DNA of 64,000 nt from Entomortierella parvispora E1425. Lineage: Eukaryota; Fungi; Mortierellomycota. The DNA lies in assembly GCA_020891255.1 (NCBI GenBank), contig BQFW01000006.1, forward strand, positions 806,001-870,000, given 5' to 3'. Below are positions 1 through 12,559 of this stretch, piece after piece. Position numbers and translations under genes: made by a program. How positions within the stretch are numbered: position 1 is the first letter of the stretch; each line of letters opens with the position of its first letter. The notes under the pieces were generated by a model. It made no database searches and was not told the DNA's origin. It worked only from the letters and a program-made list of their open reading frames with translations.

Positions 1-580
1 GCTCTTTGCTCGCAAGGTAAGAGGATAGATTTTCTCCCCGTTCATTGGCGCAACGCATGCATGACTTTGGCGTGCACGCTTGTACCTGTAAAATCACTCT
101 CACCTTTTCATAGACCATTCCAGCGATCGACCCATCCACCATTCATTCGACTGTTCGATTGAATAAATGAAAAGGGCATAGTGCGCACCTTGTTTAGTCC
201 TCTTGCCCTTTCGCCCCTCGGTGAAGCAGATGCGCATTTTCCTTCGACAGCCAACAAAAACCTCAGATATCGTGGACTCTAACTGTATCCCCGCTTTCAA
301 GGGTGTCCTTGAGCCTTTGCTCCTTCTTTTTGTCCTAATCACTTGTCCTGACACTAGCACCTTTCACCCCACACATTCGCCTCCCCGAGAGAATTACATA
401 AATATCCCCTTGGGGGTTGGTTCCCCTCTTTCTTATTTTTGTAAACTTCTGCACCTTCTCTTCCTCTTTCTCCTTTCTTCCGTTACCATCTTTTTTTTAT
501 ATTTTTATCGCACTCCCCCCCCAGTTCTTAGCCCACCCATTAGACCTCCCTCCTTCCCCTTTCCTCTCGTCATCAATTTT

Positions 581-660
581 GTAAGTTTTCAACAACTTTT
601 GTTTCCCCTCTACAACTCTCGACGCGTCTCACCACACCTTGTAACAACCCTTCTCACCAG
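581..660 (+). other. Probable 5' UTR intron of the amino-acid permease gene
   Basis: GTAAGT at 581, pyrimidine-rich tract and CAG at 658-660, 70 nt upstream of the ATG at 730. Confidence 0.5.
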
Positions 661-729
661 CTTGACCGACACTGCTTCTGCCAATAGCCCTTCTCATCTT
701 CAAGGACAATCATCTAAAGAGCGCGAACA

Positions 730-2618
730 ATGGAGCCATCATCAGAGGAAAAGGGCGGTTTCCACAACTCACCCTCCTACAATTCCGGCGTCGCCACTCC
801 AGGCGCCGCCTACCCTTCTTCGGGTTATTCTCAAGGGTCTGGCTCTGGTTCTGCGGAAAACTCACCGATGCAGCCGTATAACACAGACAATAGCATGGAA
901 AAGATCGAAATGCCGGTGGAGGACATGACGAACATGAAGGGCGAGGCCGGTGGGTTGAAGCGCGACCTTCGCCTGCGTCATATGGTGATGATTGCGATCT
1001 CAGGCACGATCGGCACAGGTCTATTCTTAACCTCTGGAAAAACCATTGCAACGGCAGGACCATTGGGAGCCTTGGTTGCCTATATGGTGATTGGTGTTTG
1101 GTTGGTGTTTGTCTGTCAGGCGATTGGAGAGATTGCAACCTACATGCCCTTACCAGGTGCATTCACAGTCTGGGGTCTCCGCGTGTTTGATGAAGCGTTC
1201 TCGTTCCAAATGACATGGGTCTACTTCACCAACTGGGCCTTGACGATCCCTGCAGAATTGTCGGCATCGAGTCTGATCATTTCGTTTTGGCTGCCAGCTG
1301 GATCGAGTTTCCCTGTCTGGCTTGTACCGGTGATCATCATTATTGCTCTGGTCATCATCAACATGTTGGGTGTGGTAAGTGAGACTGTTAGAGTTGATAC
1401 CTCAACTTGTTTGTTTTCTCGGAGCACAACATGAACTATCTCACTTATACTACATTGAACGTACCAATACCTTAGAAAATCTACGGCGAGGTTGAATACT
1501 GGTTCAGTATCCTCAAGGTCGTAACCATCATTGTCTTTATCATCTGTGGTATCCTCGTCGACGCTGGTGCAGTCGGTGGAACCCGATATGGCGTCGACAA
1601 CTGGCATGGTGCTGGAACACCCTTCAAGGGCGGCTTTAAGGCCTTCCTTTCTGTCCTGGTCTCTGTTGGATTTGCCTACGGTGGTACCGAACTTTCTGGT
1701 GTCACTGCTGCAGAGTCAAGTAACCCTCACAAGCACGTTCCCAAGGCTGTCAACACAGTCTTGGTCCGAATCGCCTTCTTCTACATTCTCTCGATCTTCT
1801 TCCTCGCTTGCATTGTCAACAACGAAGACCCTCGCTTGATAAACACCTCAGGCACAACACAGAACGCACCCTTCACGATCGTGTTCCTCAAGGCCGGAAT
1901 GCACGGTGGAGCAGATTACATGAATGCGGTCATCTTCACGTCGATCGTCTCAGCCTCCAACTCTGACTTCTATGTCGCCACTCGCATGTTGCTTTCCCTC
2001 GCGAACAATGGCTGGGCTCCCAAGTGGGTCGGCAAAACCAACCGTCGAGGCGTTCCATGGGTAGCAGTGTTGATCACCACAGCCTTCTCCTGCATTGCAT
2101 TGGTCATGATCTACGCTGGTGCCTCAACGGTCTTCAACTGGTTGGTGTCCATCATTGGATCGCTGATCTTCTTGATCTGGATCTGCATCCTGTTCTTGCA
2201 CTTCCGCTTCCGTCAGTGCTGGAAGGCGCAGGGAAGATTACCAACAGATTTGCCTTACCAGTCTTGGGGCTATCCTTATGGTCATTACTTGGCCATGGTG
2301 ATCGCGATTTGTTGTATCGTCGCCTCGTTCTACCTTTCCATCGCCACGAAACCAGAGCTGTCTGATTTCACAGGCACAACCGATCCATTGTATGTCGCGG
2401 CAAGAAATACATGGGCTCAGGGTATCTTGGGCGCTTGGTTCCCTTGGTTCCAGGCTATTTCCCTGTACTTTGGATACAAGTTCTGGAAGAAGACAAAGAT
2501 TGTAGATCCAGCCTTTGCCGACCTCGATACAGGTCGATGGATCCCAAGTCCAGAGGAACTTGAAGACGAACAACGGCCCAGGCCCAAGTGGAAGGTGATC
2601 CTGTCACGATTCCTCTAG
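730..2618 (+). CDS. Amino-acid permease, APC superfamily, yeast amino acid transporter (YAT) family; 2 exons (730-1374, 1476-2618)
   Basis: Motifs LKRDLRLRHMVMIAISGTIGTGLF, YGEVEYWFSILKV and GGTELSGVTAAES, with many hydrophobic segments. The GTAAGT...TAG intron 1375-1475 joins the ORF-track pieces in frame. Confidence 0.93.
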
Positions 2619-3239
2619 AGTGGGATTGCTTCTCCTCTTCTCCCTCTCGCCCTCCTTCCCTTCCAACCGTCCAAATGCCAATATTATTTTATGTATCTCA
2701 ATTACCTATCCCCTCAAAAACAAAAAAAGTCAGTGACAACGCCTTCATGGCACCCCTTTGTAATAATATAACAGAAATAAATCCAATAAACGAAATCGAG
2801 TGGTCTTCAGTGGGTTTCGAGAATATCCTCTTCCAAGAGAAAGTTTCCCCAGTACAGTTCTGTCCTTCCACGGATTAGCAGCATGACTTTTATTGTTTCC
2901 TCAAAATTCTAGTCTTTGAACTCAAGCTGCAATGGGTGGGTATCCGTCAATGACTATTACCTATCAGCAAATGAGATGTATATTAGCATTGGGGCGCTGT
3001 AATAAATCGATTTCCATGCGATACAGGCATCCATCCGAGTCTTGGGAAAGACTTTCTCACTCAGGCGGCTGCGTTTGCAGTCCAATTTCAATGTGTCTTC
3101 CATTCCGAGAAGAATGCACAAGTGCATCTTTCAGATCGAGAACAAGGATGATCGGTTGCTCATCATTGTGATTTTCCCCCCCAAGACCAGAGATATTCTT
3201 GATTCAAGTACGGATCCTCACCTTTCATATCCTGTTTTT

Positions 3240-4049
3240 TTAGCAACGTAGAGGCATGCCTGGCCAGTAGACGACTCCATCTTGCCTTACTATATCATTA
3301 TAAGTTTGATTCAATAGATCCTCCAACATCTCAATGCTTCGTATCTCACTGGTATTGACTTCGTCCGAGTTCGACGCGTAAAGACGACGATGGATTCGCC
3401 CGCGTAACTTTTCGTTCAGTGACATGAATGAGATGTCTGTAGGTGGTAGCTCTCCTGTTTGCACGTCGTCTTCGTCCTCGTCCTCCTCCTCGTCCTCCTC
3501 CTCGTCCTCCACCTCATCCTCTTGTTTCCCATCCCATCCTAAACTATAAGAACAACCATGCGATAGATCATTCTCGCTCTCGTCGCTGTTGCCCTCGGTC
3601 AAAGCGAATCCGAGTTTGGTCAGCTTTCTCCGCTTTATCCTTCGCAGCCTCAGTCGACTTTTTTCCTTGAGTTCTGCCAATGCCTTTTCTCTTCGGAAGC
3701 GTTGTGAAAATTCAAAGATGGCGATTGCTTCTTTGCTGAGAATACCGTCATGGTCTTCCTCCTGGCCTGATCCTTCAACATCGTCGCCTTCTTCAGCCGT
3801 TCGAAGGGTCATCTCCACAACCTGAGAATGGTCCTCCGGATACGTCCTGGGTTCCCTGTGATTATATGCTTCAAGATCGGTGCCTTCAGGAACGCTCCAT
3901 TCGCCTCCATGCGACCATGCTGACTCCGCCTGAGACCAAGTTTGACGAGATGGACCTGACGAGCCTTTAGCAAAGAATACTCGTCTTTGCGATACAGAAA
4001 AATGTGTGGCGTGGAAGGTGCGAAATGATAGCATTGGTGGTTGATCCAT
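3240..4049 (-). CDS. Gemin8-like protein (SMN complex subunit candidate), single exon, 269 aa
   Basis: C-terminus IEMLEDLLNQTYNDIVRQDGVVYWPGMPLRC resembles the Gemin8 terminal YWPxIPLKF motif. The central ILSKEAIAIFEFSQRFRRE resembles the Gemin8 ITEELRQYFAETERHRE helix (motifs recalled). Confidence 0.6.
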   Translation of the reverse strand: MDQPPMLSFRTFHATHFSVSQRRVFFAKGSSGPSRQTWSQAESAWSHGGEWSVPEGTDLEAYNHREPRTYPEDHSQVVEMTLRTAEEGDDVEGSGQEEDHDGILSKEAIAIFEFSQRFRREKALAELKEKSRLRLRRIKRRKLTKLGFALTEGNSDESENDLSHGCSYSLGWDGKQEDEVEDEEEDEEEDEDEDDVQTGELPPTDISFMSLNEKLRGRIHRRLYASNSDEVNTSEIRSIEMLEDLLNQTYNDIVRQDGVVYWPGMPLRC

Positions 4050-4281
4050 GTACGTCGTAACTGTCCATGTGGGGCTGCTCTGAAATGAAGTTGCAGAACT
4101 TTTTTGAGACGCCTCGCGTTTTCATTGAAACAATGAGGACATTCAATTAGAAATAATTCATTCAATTATAGATTTCACGTGATTATCGCGATGCTCGAGC
4201 GAGATCACGTGATGGTAAGTGACAGGTGATGATTCATATCGATTCGGAGATTTCTCCTTGCAAATCATTAGAAAACAGCTA

Positions 4282-4354
4282 GCTCGTTTAGCTTAGTCGG
4301 TAGAGCGTCGTGCTAATAACGCGAAGGCCGCAGGTTCGATCCCTGCAATGAGCA
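4282..4354 (+). tRNA. tRNA-Ile (anticodon AAT)
   Basis: 73 nt cloverleaf: acceptor GCTCGTT/AATGAGC, anticodon arm TCGTG-CTAATAA-CGCGA, T loop GGTTCGATCC, discriminator A, followed by T-rich sequence. Confidence 0.97.
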
Positions 4355-5469
4355 TTTCTTTTGTCAATTCTACTTTTCTTCCTGAGCCGTCTTTGATGCA
4401 AACAAAGTTGACTTGCGCCCATGACTTTTTTTTTTTTTTTTTGCAGTCGTCAGCTTCTGACCCTTGGGCGCGAAACGAGGGATCAAGCAGACATCCTTTT
4501 GGATGGGACGTATTGCAGTACTTCCGCGCTCTGTCATCTTGGATGGCAAGCTCCTTGAGTCGTCCACACTGTCATTTTCAATCCATCGACCGTTGACAGC
4601 AGATTCTAGCAGACCCCATCCTGAACCAGCGACTTCTCTTCTCCTCCCCGCCGAGAGACCAATTGGCCGCCGACCTGTCCTTATTGTTCGTGTGCCCCCT
4701 TCACCAACTTTTTCTGAGCCTTTGACCATGTTTGCTCAAGTTCCTAGTACCTGTGGGCCTCCGTAGGTTCAGTTTATATTTACAAATACGATAATTGTAC
4801 GCGAGATATCTCGAGACTTCGAGATGTAATTGAGAACAAGAGAGGGATTCAAAGTGATCGCGCTCAGTTCTGTCTTTTCAGATGGAGAAATGCTCCGTTC
4901 TACTGATTTGTTGACGTTGCTATATCCAAACAAATACACCAACAATAGGCAAACCGAGGTCAATTCTCAAGTGAACCTCATATAGCAACACAAGAAAGAA
5001 AAAAAAAGAATGGGGAATACTCGCAAACTCCTGGAGGATGTGTTGGGGATTGAAACGATTCCAGACTCGTTCGGGTTTAAAGATAATACACAGGAATAAG
5101 CTATAATCAAAACCCAGGAAGCTGCAACTTTCGGAAGCCTGCGTCAAGTCAGTTGAGAAAGGTCCTACGTGGAGGAAGAACTGGCGCAATCAGAGCCTTT
5201 GGACACGGGAACCTGGACCGTGCTGACGAAGGGAGGAGCCAACTTGGAGACGAATCCCGTATACTTCCATAATATATGGTGTGGAAGGGGGTCGAAACGC
5301 GAAGAAGGAAGAAGCAAGGGATAATGTAGCAACACCGTTTTTCTTTAATACAGTTCTGCTTTTTGCCATCACTCATTTTTCGGGCTCTGAGATCCTTTCA
5401 TTATTCCCAAGGCCAAAAATGAATTGTTACATATCATGGGTCGTGTCATCTGTTAAAGAGCGCATCTAC

Positions 5470-8442
5470 CTAATAGCTAGAGTTATCCTCTGGTTCAGGG
5501 GTGGGTGGTAAGAACTCTGCGTCTGGACACAGTCGTTCAAAAATCGCCCTCGCCTCTTCTGTCGCCTCCTCAAAGTCCAGACTGTGATCCATCGGTCTCA
5601 ACAACGTCAGGTTTTCTGGCAACGGCTTCAACTTCTCAGACCCGATTGGGTAAGGCACCCTTGGCCAAGAGGTTGTTCGCTTGTAGAACAGTGCAAAGAG
5701 CGCGACAGGTGAAATCAGGGGTGTCGTGGTCAAGGATCCCGCAGATTTGGATTTCTGGAACATCTTGGACAATGGTTTGGAGGAGGATGTTGACCCTGAA
5801 GATCCTGGAGGTGCTGGAGTTGAAGGACGAGAGGGAACAGGAGTGCTGGATGAAGATTCAGTGGATTCGTCAAAGAGTTTCTTTTCTGCCTTGAGAATCT
5901 CCTGACGGACAGTTTCCATATCCATTTCTTGGTCCAAACTCATCCTTGGTTGAAGACCATCTTGTCCTGATCCTGAGGCCACTGCAGAGGCATTGTCTGA
6001 AGTGCTGGCGGGAGAGCCAGTAGTTGCCGGAGGAGCTTCATCAAGACTATGAACAGGTTTCGAGCCCTCATTAGCAACGGCAGCAGCAACAGAAGAGGCC
6101 GCGGCCGTAGTTGGCGCTTTCAATGAAAGGGCATCGCCGGGAATATGAACCAATTTTCGAATTGCCGCTGTCAGTGCCTCCTTGGCCGATCCCTGAGCCG
6201 AGTCAGACTCTGCCCAAATGTACAGAATGACTTCAGTCATAATTAATGCAAAAAAAACATTGTCAGTATTTGTCTCCCAGGTTCAAAACTCATAAAGCAA
6301 CAGCAGCGACAAAATCTTACATCGATCGGAAGGGCAAGACATCGTGCCGCCACACATCTGCAGGACAGAGATCGTGTGCTCATTCGTGCGTTCTGGTTTC
6401 TCTCCGGGATTCAAGACTAATGAGCCCATAGGGAATAGGGTCTTGCACAGTGTCGTCTCACCAAACGCCGAACGGTCGGTCACTAGAATGCAGTGCGAGA
6501 CATAAGATCTGTTCAAACTAAAGGCCCAACAGTGACGGTCAGTACGCGCACGTAGTGGGCCTTGATATTTCATCGCCGAACCATTTGAAAACGAACACGG
6601 CTCATTCTTACATCCGTGCCTCCAGATACGCGTCCATTCCCCTTGACAGATATTCTCGGGTGCAAATCAATTGATTTGCCTTCAAGACCTGCCCTGTATG
6701 GTCGATAACTGACTTCCATTGGTTTGCTTCCTGATCCACATTGTGGTTCTTCAATCCATGCTGCAACATGTAAATGCCTCCATAGACCGCGGCAACCCTA
6801 TGGTAGTCGAAGGGAAACGACATTAATATCATTTGAAGTCAGGCACTATTCTCGTCAAAATCGAGAAAAAAAAGCCGTATAAGACTGCATATATATATAA
6901 AGAAAAAGAAGGAGCAGCTGAGCGATTCCTAATTGCCACTTCACTGTAAGATACAAAGAGGAACGCACCTGCAGAATGCCTGAGCAAGCTCACTTCCCAC
7001 GCCATAAAGCGGGCACAAATAGGCCGAGTTTCCATATCGCCCCAAGGACTGGAGGTAGACCTTGACAGATTTAAGACCCTCAGTGGTAGTGGCTAAATCG
7101 TTTCAGTATATCAGAGCGTTAGAAAAATTGGATGGTAGGGGAATGGCTTTTGGAGAAAGCATACTAACCATTGTCGTTTCCATCAAAGCCAATGGCGTAG
7201 ACGACAGCTGTCAAGACCTTGTCCGTGAGCCCATACTTGTTCTGAACAAACTGAGTGAATGGTGCATTCTTGTAGTCTATTGGTTTTTCAGTCCAGGAAC
7301 ACATCGGTGGGAGCAAAAGTGAGTCAGTATTGTCAATGTGGTTTTGGGATGCATGGTGCATGTTGACAGTAAACAAAGCAAAACAAAAAAAAAACGGATC
7401 TATTAGATCTGATCCCGTCCCGCCCGTTGGACTGATGATCTACTTTACCTTCCCAGACCTCAGCCTGATTCTTATAATCGACAGCGAATTGTAAAAACTT
7501 CATTAGAAGTCTCTTTTCCTTCAGTGACAGCGCCTTGGAGACAAACACATCCTCCTTGGATGTTGGCATCATCTCGACTTTATCTGTCAAGCTCTCATAT
7601 ACAGCGGTCCGCTCCAGCAACTTGAATTCCAGATATTTGCCAATTCCAGAGGAAATCAGCAAGTTTGTTAATGGCCCTCGGGAGTAAAGCAGCTTTGGAG
7701 AGAGATCAAAGTTGTACTTGCGTGAACTCTTGAACAGCTCCTCCAAAGAAGCAATCTGCGAAAAGGTAATCGATCTAAAGTTGGAGGCCGTAGTTGCGCT
7801 GTTTCTTTGAGCAGCCCATCCTGCCAAGATCTGGATGGCTTCCTTGGACTCTTTGGTGGTGGCTCCAGAGTAGGAACCAGTGATATGTTCCTGAAGGGCC
7901 TTGGTCCTGTCATCTAGCGAACCGTTTTTGTTTGCTTCCTGGATCGAGCCAAGGTCGATGGTTTGCTCCTTGCCTTCGAGGACGGAGGGGTCGCTGAACA
8001 GTTGGATCTCAAGATGGTCATATGCCTTGGCCACCAGTTTCGCAAACTCGATCTTGTCGGGATCTTTTTTTTTCAGTTCAAAAGAGAAAGGGCGTTAATG
8101 AATGTATGTTGTCATAGCAAAAACAAAAAAACATGGAAAACAATGCTCCTTGGGAGTTTTTTTTTGTTCTTCTTGCTTGTTCGGACAAGAGGGAAGGTGA
8201 ATATTCTTACCTTCATTTGAGGCCTCGTCTGTGGGCACCTCAGCGGCAACCTTGTCTGCCCAGGTCAATAGCTCCTTGAACCCAAACGCGCCTGATTCAC
8301 CTCCATAGTAGTCATTCTCGTCCAGATGCAACACAGTTTTGCCGGCTCTCGCCAATGCAGCGGCGACGATGGTCTGAGTGAATCCGGTTCCGAGGATTAT
8401 GGCGTCAAAGACGGTGGTTTCGAGTGAATCAAGATCGGCCAT
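5470..8442 (-). CDS. MRS6: Rab escort protein (Rab geranylgeranyltransferase component A, REP/GDI superfamily), multi-exon
   Basis: FDAIILGTG...[44 protein letters not shown]...ELAQAFCR (read by hand at about 6970-7090) and the REP-specific C-terminus [23 protein letters not shown]. Confidence 0.92.
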
Positions 8443-10804
8443 GAATGAATACGAGTATCGGGCGGGTCGCGTGCGCGGGGATGGAGAAAAAGAGGATGGT
8501 TTGCGTGGGGTCGGGGTTAATGTGGACCAAGTTTGTGAAGTGTCTGTGGTTGTGAGTATTGACTTCGAAGACAAAGGAGACAAGGGGTCTTGGTTGAGGA
8601 CAGAGGGGTGATGGGCTGCGAAGGGAGGAAGAATGAAGGGAGGAAGGATGGAGGAAGAGCAAGTAGAGGGGGAAGATCAATGACATGCGCAGAACAGACG
8701 AAGAACGAACGGCACACTATTGCGCGTGTCCTTCGGTGCACGTGTGGCGGCGATCAGGGGAGAAGAAAAGTGACCGTGGAAACGAAGTTGGTGGCAACAG
8801 AGTTAAATTGCGGCGGGGTTGGGTGCACTTACTGCTGCTGCTGCTGCTGTTGCTGTTGCTGGCATATGGATTGCTGTGGCTGGCATAGGGATTGCTGTGG
8901 CTGGCACCGCCATGGCTGATGCTGCTGCCGTTGCACAGAGAAGACGGCGACAACCACGGTGTCTGCTTGTTGCGGGAGTGCGACGATGGATGCAGATGCT
9001 GGAACATGGACTTGATCATGGTGAATGAGAGTCAGAGACACAGACAGGCAGACGAAAGGGGAGGGAGAAAGACGGAGAACGGGGAACGGGGGAGTACAAA
9101 ACTAGGTAGGACCAACTGCGACTATTCTGTTGAAGGAGCAATGGAGGGAACAAACACCGAAGAAAGACGAAATAGCAGCTGCGAGGGGAGGGAGAGGAAA
9201 GAAAAGAGGCAAATAACAAAAAAAAAAAAAAAAAAGAGAAAAGAGTGAAGACAGTTCTTCCTTGAGCATCGCTCCTTTTTATCCAGATCCGGCCTGCTCT
9301 CTCTGTCGGATTCTTCCTTCAAGAGAACGACAGGGAGAGGAAAGGAGAGACAAAGGAGAAGGGTGAAAAGAGAAAGAAAAGAAAACCATAAACGCGCTCA
9401 GACAAAAAAAAGATCGACTGACTGACACATCCAGTGGAAGGAACAGATGTTCGACGCGTACGAGCCGTGTGCTCCCACCTCTTGCAGTAGACATAAACAG
9501 AGCAACTCTTCAGTTGCTTCTCATCGCTTTGCTTGTCTGCTGCATGCATGGTCATCAAAAGTATTCTTAGCTTCGCACCGATTCATCCTATTCCATCCCC
9601 CCAAAAAACACTCACATTTTTGCCTCCTTTGGAGTGCTCAGAAAGCGACAAACCCATCGCGGCTAGTAACGACATCTTGTCGTCCACTTCTCTCCAGTGC
9701 TCTCGTGAACAATTTGGCGCCCGTGGAGAGAGGGTAGACAATCTCTCATAAAGCCGTTGGTATTCAATGTTGTTACCAAATTCTTGATCTGCTCTCCATC
9801 GTTTCGTCTTTCACCCTTCCATCCTCTCTCTCCTCATCCACCCTTTCATTTCACCCCCAGCCCCATCGACATCGACTTGCTCTCAAACCATTATGTATAT
9901 GTGTGTGCGATTGTGTTTTTTTTTGTGAGGTTGGTGAGTTTCCATTTCAACCCTACCTCCTAGACTCTGTTTGTGCTTCCATGTCTCCTCTCAAAAAGAT
10001 GATCCTTTTTCTTGAATGCTCTCGTAGTGCTTTTGCTGACAACGGCTCAGAATCAAATTTAACCCCTACTGTACCGTCTTATTTTTTTCTCTCTCTTTTC
10101 GATGAGCACTTCTGCTCAGCAACTAACTCGTCCACAGCTACCGTTTTGCACGTCATTTTGTCTGAACGCTCTCATTTCCTCAGGAAGAGTGAGCTGTTGG
10201 TGATTTCGAGCAAGAGGGGCAATTGACAAAAAAAGCCATAGACCCCATCTGTCTGCGATCGTTCTGGGTTCGTTGTCTTTACTGTCTTTTCGCCGATTTC
10301 TACTAACTACTGTACCCGTCAGCCCTTGCAGCTCAATTCCGCCGCCGCCGCCGCCACTTTCTCTTGCTCTCGCTCTCGCTCTCACACCTCACATCCACTC
10401 GCGAGTTTTTTTTCTCCTAATCGTTCAGAGCCCCATTTCTACGCCAGTATGAAGTTCAACAGTGCTGCTGCGTAGTGATTGCATTCTTTATTTGTTCTGG
10501 ACAATGGACAATTTGCCTTCAGTCTGGTCTTATCAATGCCTCGGCAAAGGCGACCACTCCCTAATTTGTCTTTCCATTAGTCCTCTAGCCTAGACCATGG
10601 TGATACATCGCTGCTCTCTGTTCGGAGACATGTCTAGCCGAGATATAGACGGACTGAAGCGTGCACCTCTTTTGCAGGCCCACGGATACAATGCAAACGA
10701 GACGGGTCAAACGATCAGGCGAAATTATTTTTCCTGGGAAGTTCCACAACAGTATGATGTTGCGTTTGTTATTATTAAAAACGAAAAGAATGATCATGAG
10801 GAGC

Positions 10805-12559
10805 TCATATTGGGTTTAAAAGGGTATGCGTGCCAGCCATCTTTGCAGACTCCCAGACCATTCTATCCAGGTGCTTAAACGGTATCGCTTCCTCCTTCTT
10901 GCGCTCAATTTCGTGGTCGTCATGATAGGCTGTCCGAGGAGAAATCATCTTTGTTTCTCTTCGCCCTGTCGTCAAGTCCGTAACTGTCAGATGAAGCGCG
11001 TTTTCACAAGAGCCTGCAAATATGGACACCCGAATCCGGGTCATGCCTTTGGGGGCCAGGGTGATCCCTGAGAACTCCAGCTGTCCCAGGAATGTGTTTT
11101 CTTTTGCTAACGCTCGTTGTCCCTCAAAGATGCGGATCATAACCCGATCTTGGTTATCTGTCGTGGTCGAAAAGTCGGCTGATTTACGGATGGATCTGTC
11201 CGAATTCTCGTCTGCAAATCGGAAAAGAGTCCCACCAGCGGTCTCAATCCCTACGGACAAAGGACCACTCTCGAAGCAGCAGATACGGCCCTCTTCAAAG
11301 TCGACGCCCCATTGACCGACCTGGGCGGCCCCAAACAACGCCGCGGTTTCTGGTTGATCCCAGCCATAATACTTTTTTGGACTTGGGGCATCGTCAAAGT
11401 AATTCTTGAGACCTTTTTGTATAAATGGGATCCACCAGACATAATGATGTCCTGGATATCTTCTCTGGTCATGTTGGCTTTCTGAATTGCCTGATTCACG
11501 GCCAAAATGGTTCTTGCAAAAAGATCCTTATTGAGTTCCTCGAATTGAGAGCGAGTCACCAATTCAGAAAAGATGCGTCGGTTGCCGAAGGCAGAGCTGA
11601 GGGAAGAAGACTCAATCTCTATCCTGACCGCATTTCGGGAGGACAAGACTCGTTTTGCTTTTTCTACTGCACGTCTCAGCCTCATCATGAATTTGTCGTC
11701 TTTGGAAAGGTTCCGAGATGTCCTTTTCTCATGAGCCAAGATCAAGTAATCGACAAGGCGCTGATTAAAGTCCTTTCCACCAAAGTCTGTATCGTCGGCG
11801 AACGACAGGATTTCATCGTAGCCATTTTTCTGCAGCAAGACCGTGATCCTGAGAGATGACCCACCCAGATGATAAATAAGTACAGTTCGCTTCCCTTTTA
11901 CGTCCTTGTTGAAAAGAGCGGGAAGCAAAGCTGATTTCCTGACCATGTCCATCCTCACTCCGTTTGAGGATGCATCAAAGTTAGCTTGGCGGATGGCATC
12001 GTATCGAAGTTCCATTTCTTTGTCAAGGTGCGAGTTTAAAGGTTTGACTACAACCATCATCTCGATCTTCTGACCGATGATCGACTCTCCAGAGGTCTGT
12101 AGTTTCTCAAGATATTTGGCCGTCATTTCCTGTAGGGTCCATGTCTGATATCCAATGATATTAGGTTTTGTCGAACTCGAGTCCTTTAGACTAAAGTCAA
12201 GAGGGTGTTTGAGATTGAAGATGGTGTTGAACGGATGTACGAAAAGGTCATCGTCCGTGTCATTTGGAGTCAATAGGAATCCCTTCCGTGTCCATTTGGA
12301 GTACACTGGCCTAGACGGCGACTGAGTTCCAGGGCCGGCATATATCAGCTGCAATTGATCATTGTCGCCCATGACAGCAAAACGAGTAGTATGGGATCCA
12401 ATTTCTGGAATAGGAGTGCCAATAGTTGCGATATAGTTATTTAGTCCAATGGCACACTAGTCAAAGATGATTACCAGCATTTGCACGATAAGCAGAAATT
12501 GGCATAGACATGAGGGTAAGATTGACTAGGGCCGCGAGGGCCATGACCAATCCTTTCAT
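10805..12559 (-). pseudogene. Hsp70/BiP-like gene copy A with signal peptide, frameshifted
   Basis: Exon 1 12559-12475 (MKGLVMALAALVNLTLMSMPISA), intron to 12405, then an Hsp70-like NBD. The frame breaks after SGGS at about 11430 and resumes in ORF 10805-11338 (PLSVGIET, FSTTTDNQDRV). Confidence 0.8.

Noticed and set aside
8829-9041. Separate poly-Q protein gene
   Set aside because: The frame stops at the donor site and is not phase-compatible with the downstream acceptor. The adjacent frame explains the sequence better.
10039-10176. C/D snoRNA candidate (CGATGA ... TTTGCACGTCA complementary to LSU rRNA ... CTGA)
   Set aside because: The guide is not adjacent to a D or D' box, box C is imperfect, and an 11-nt match to rRNA is expected by chance in this much sequence.
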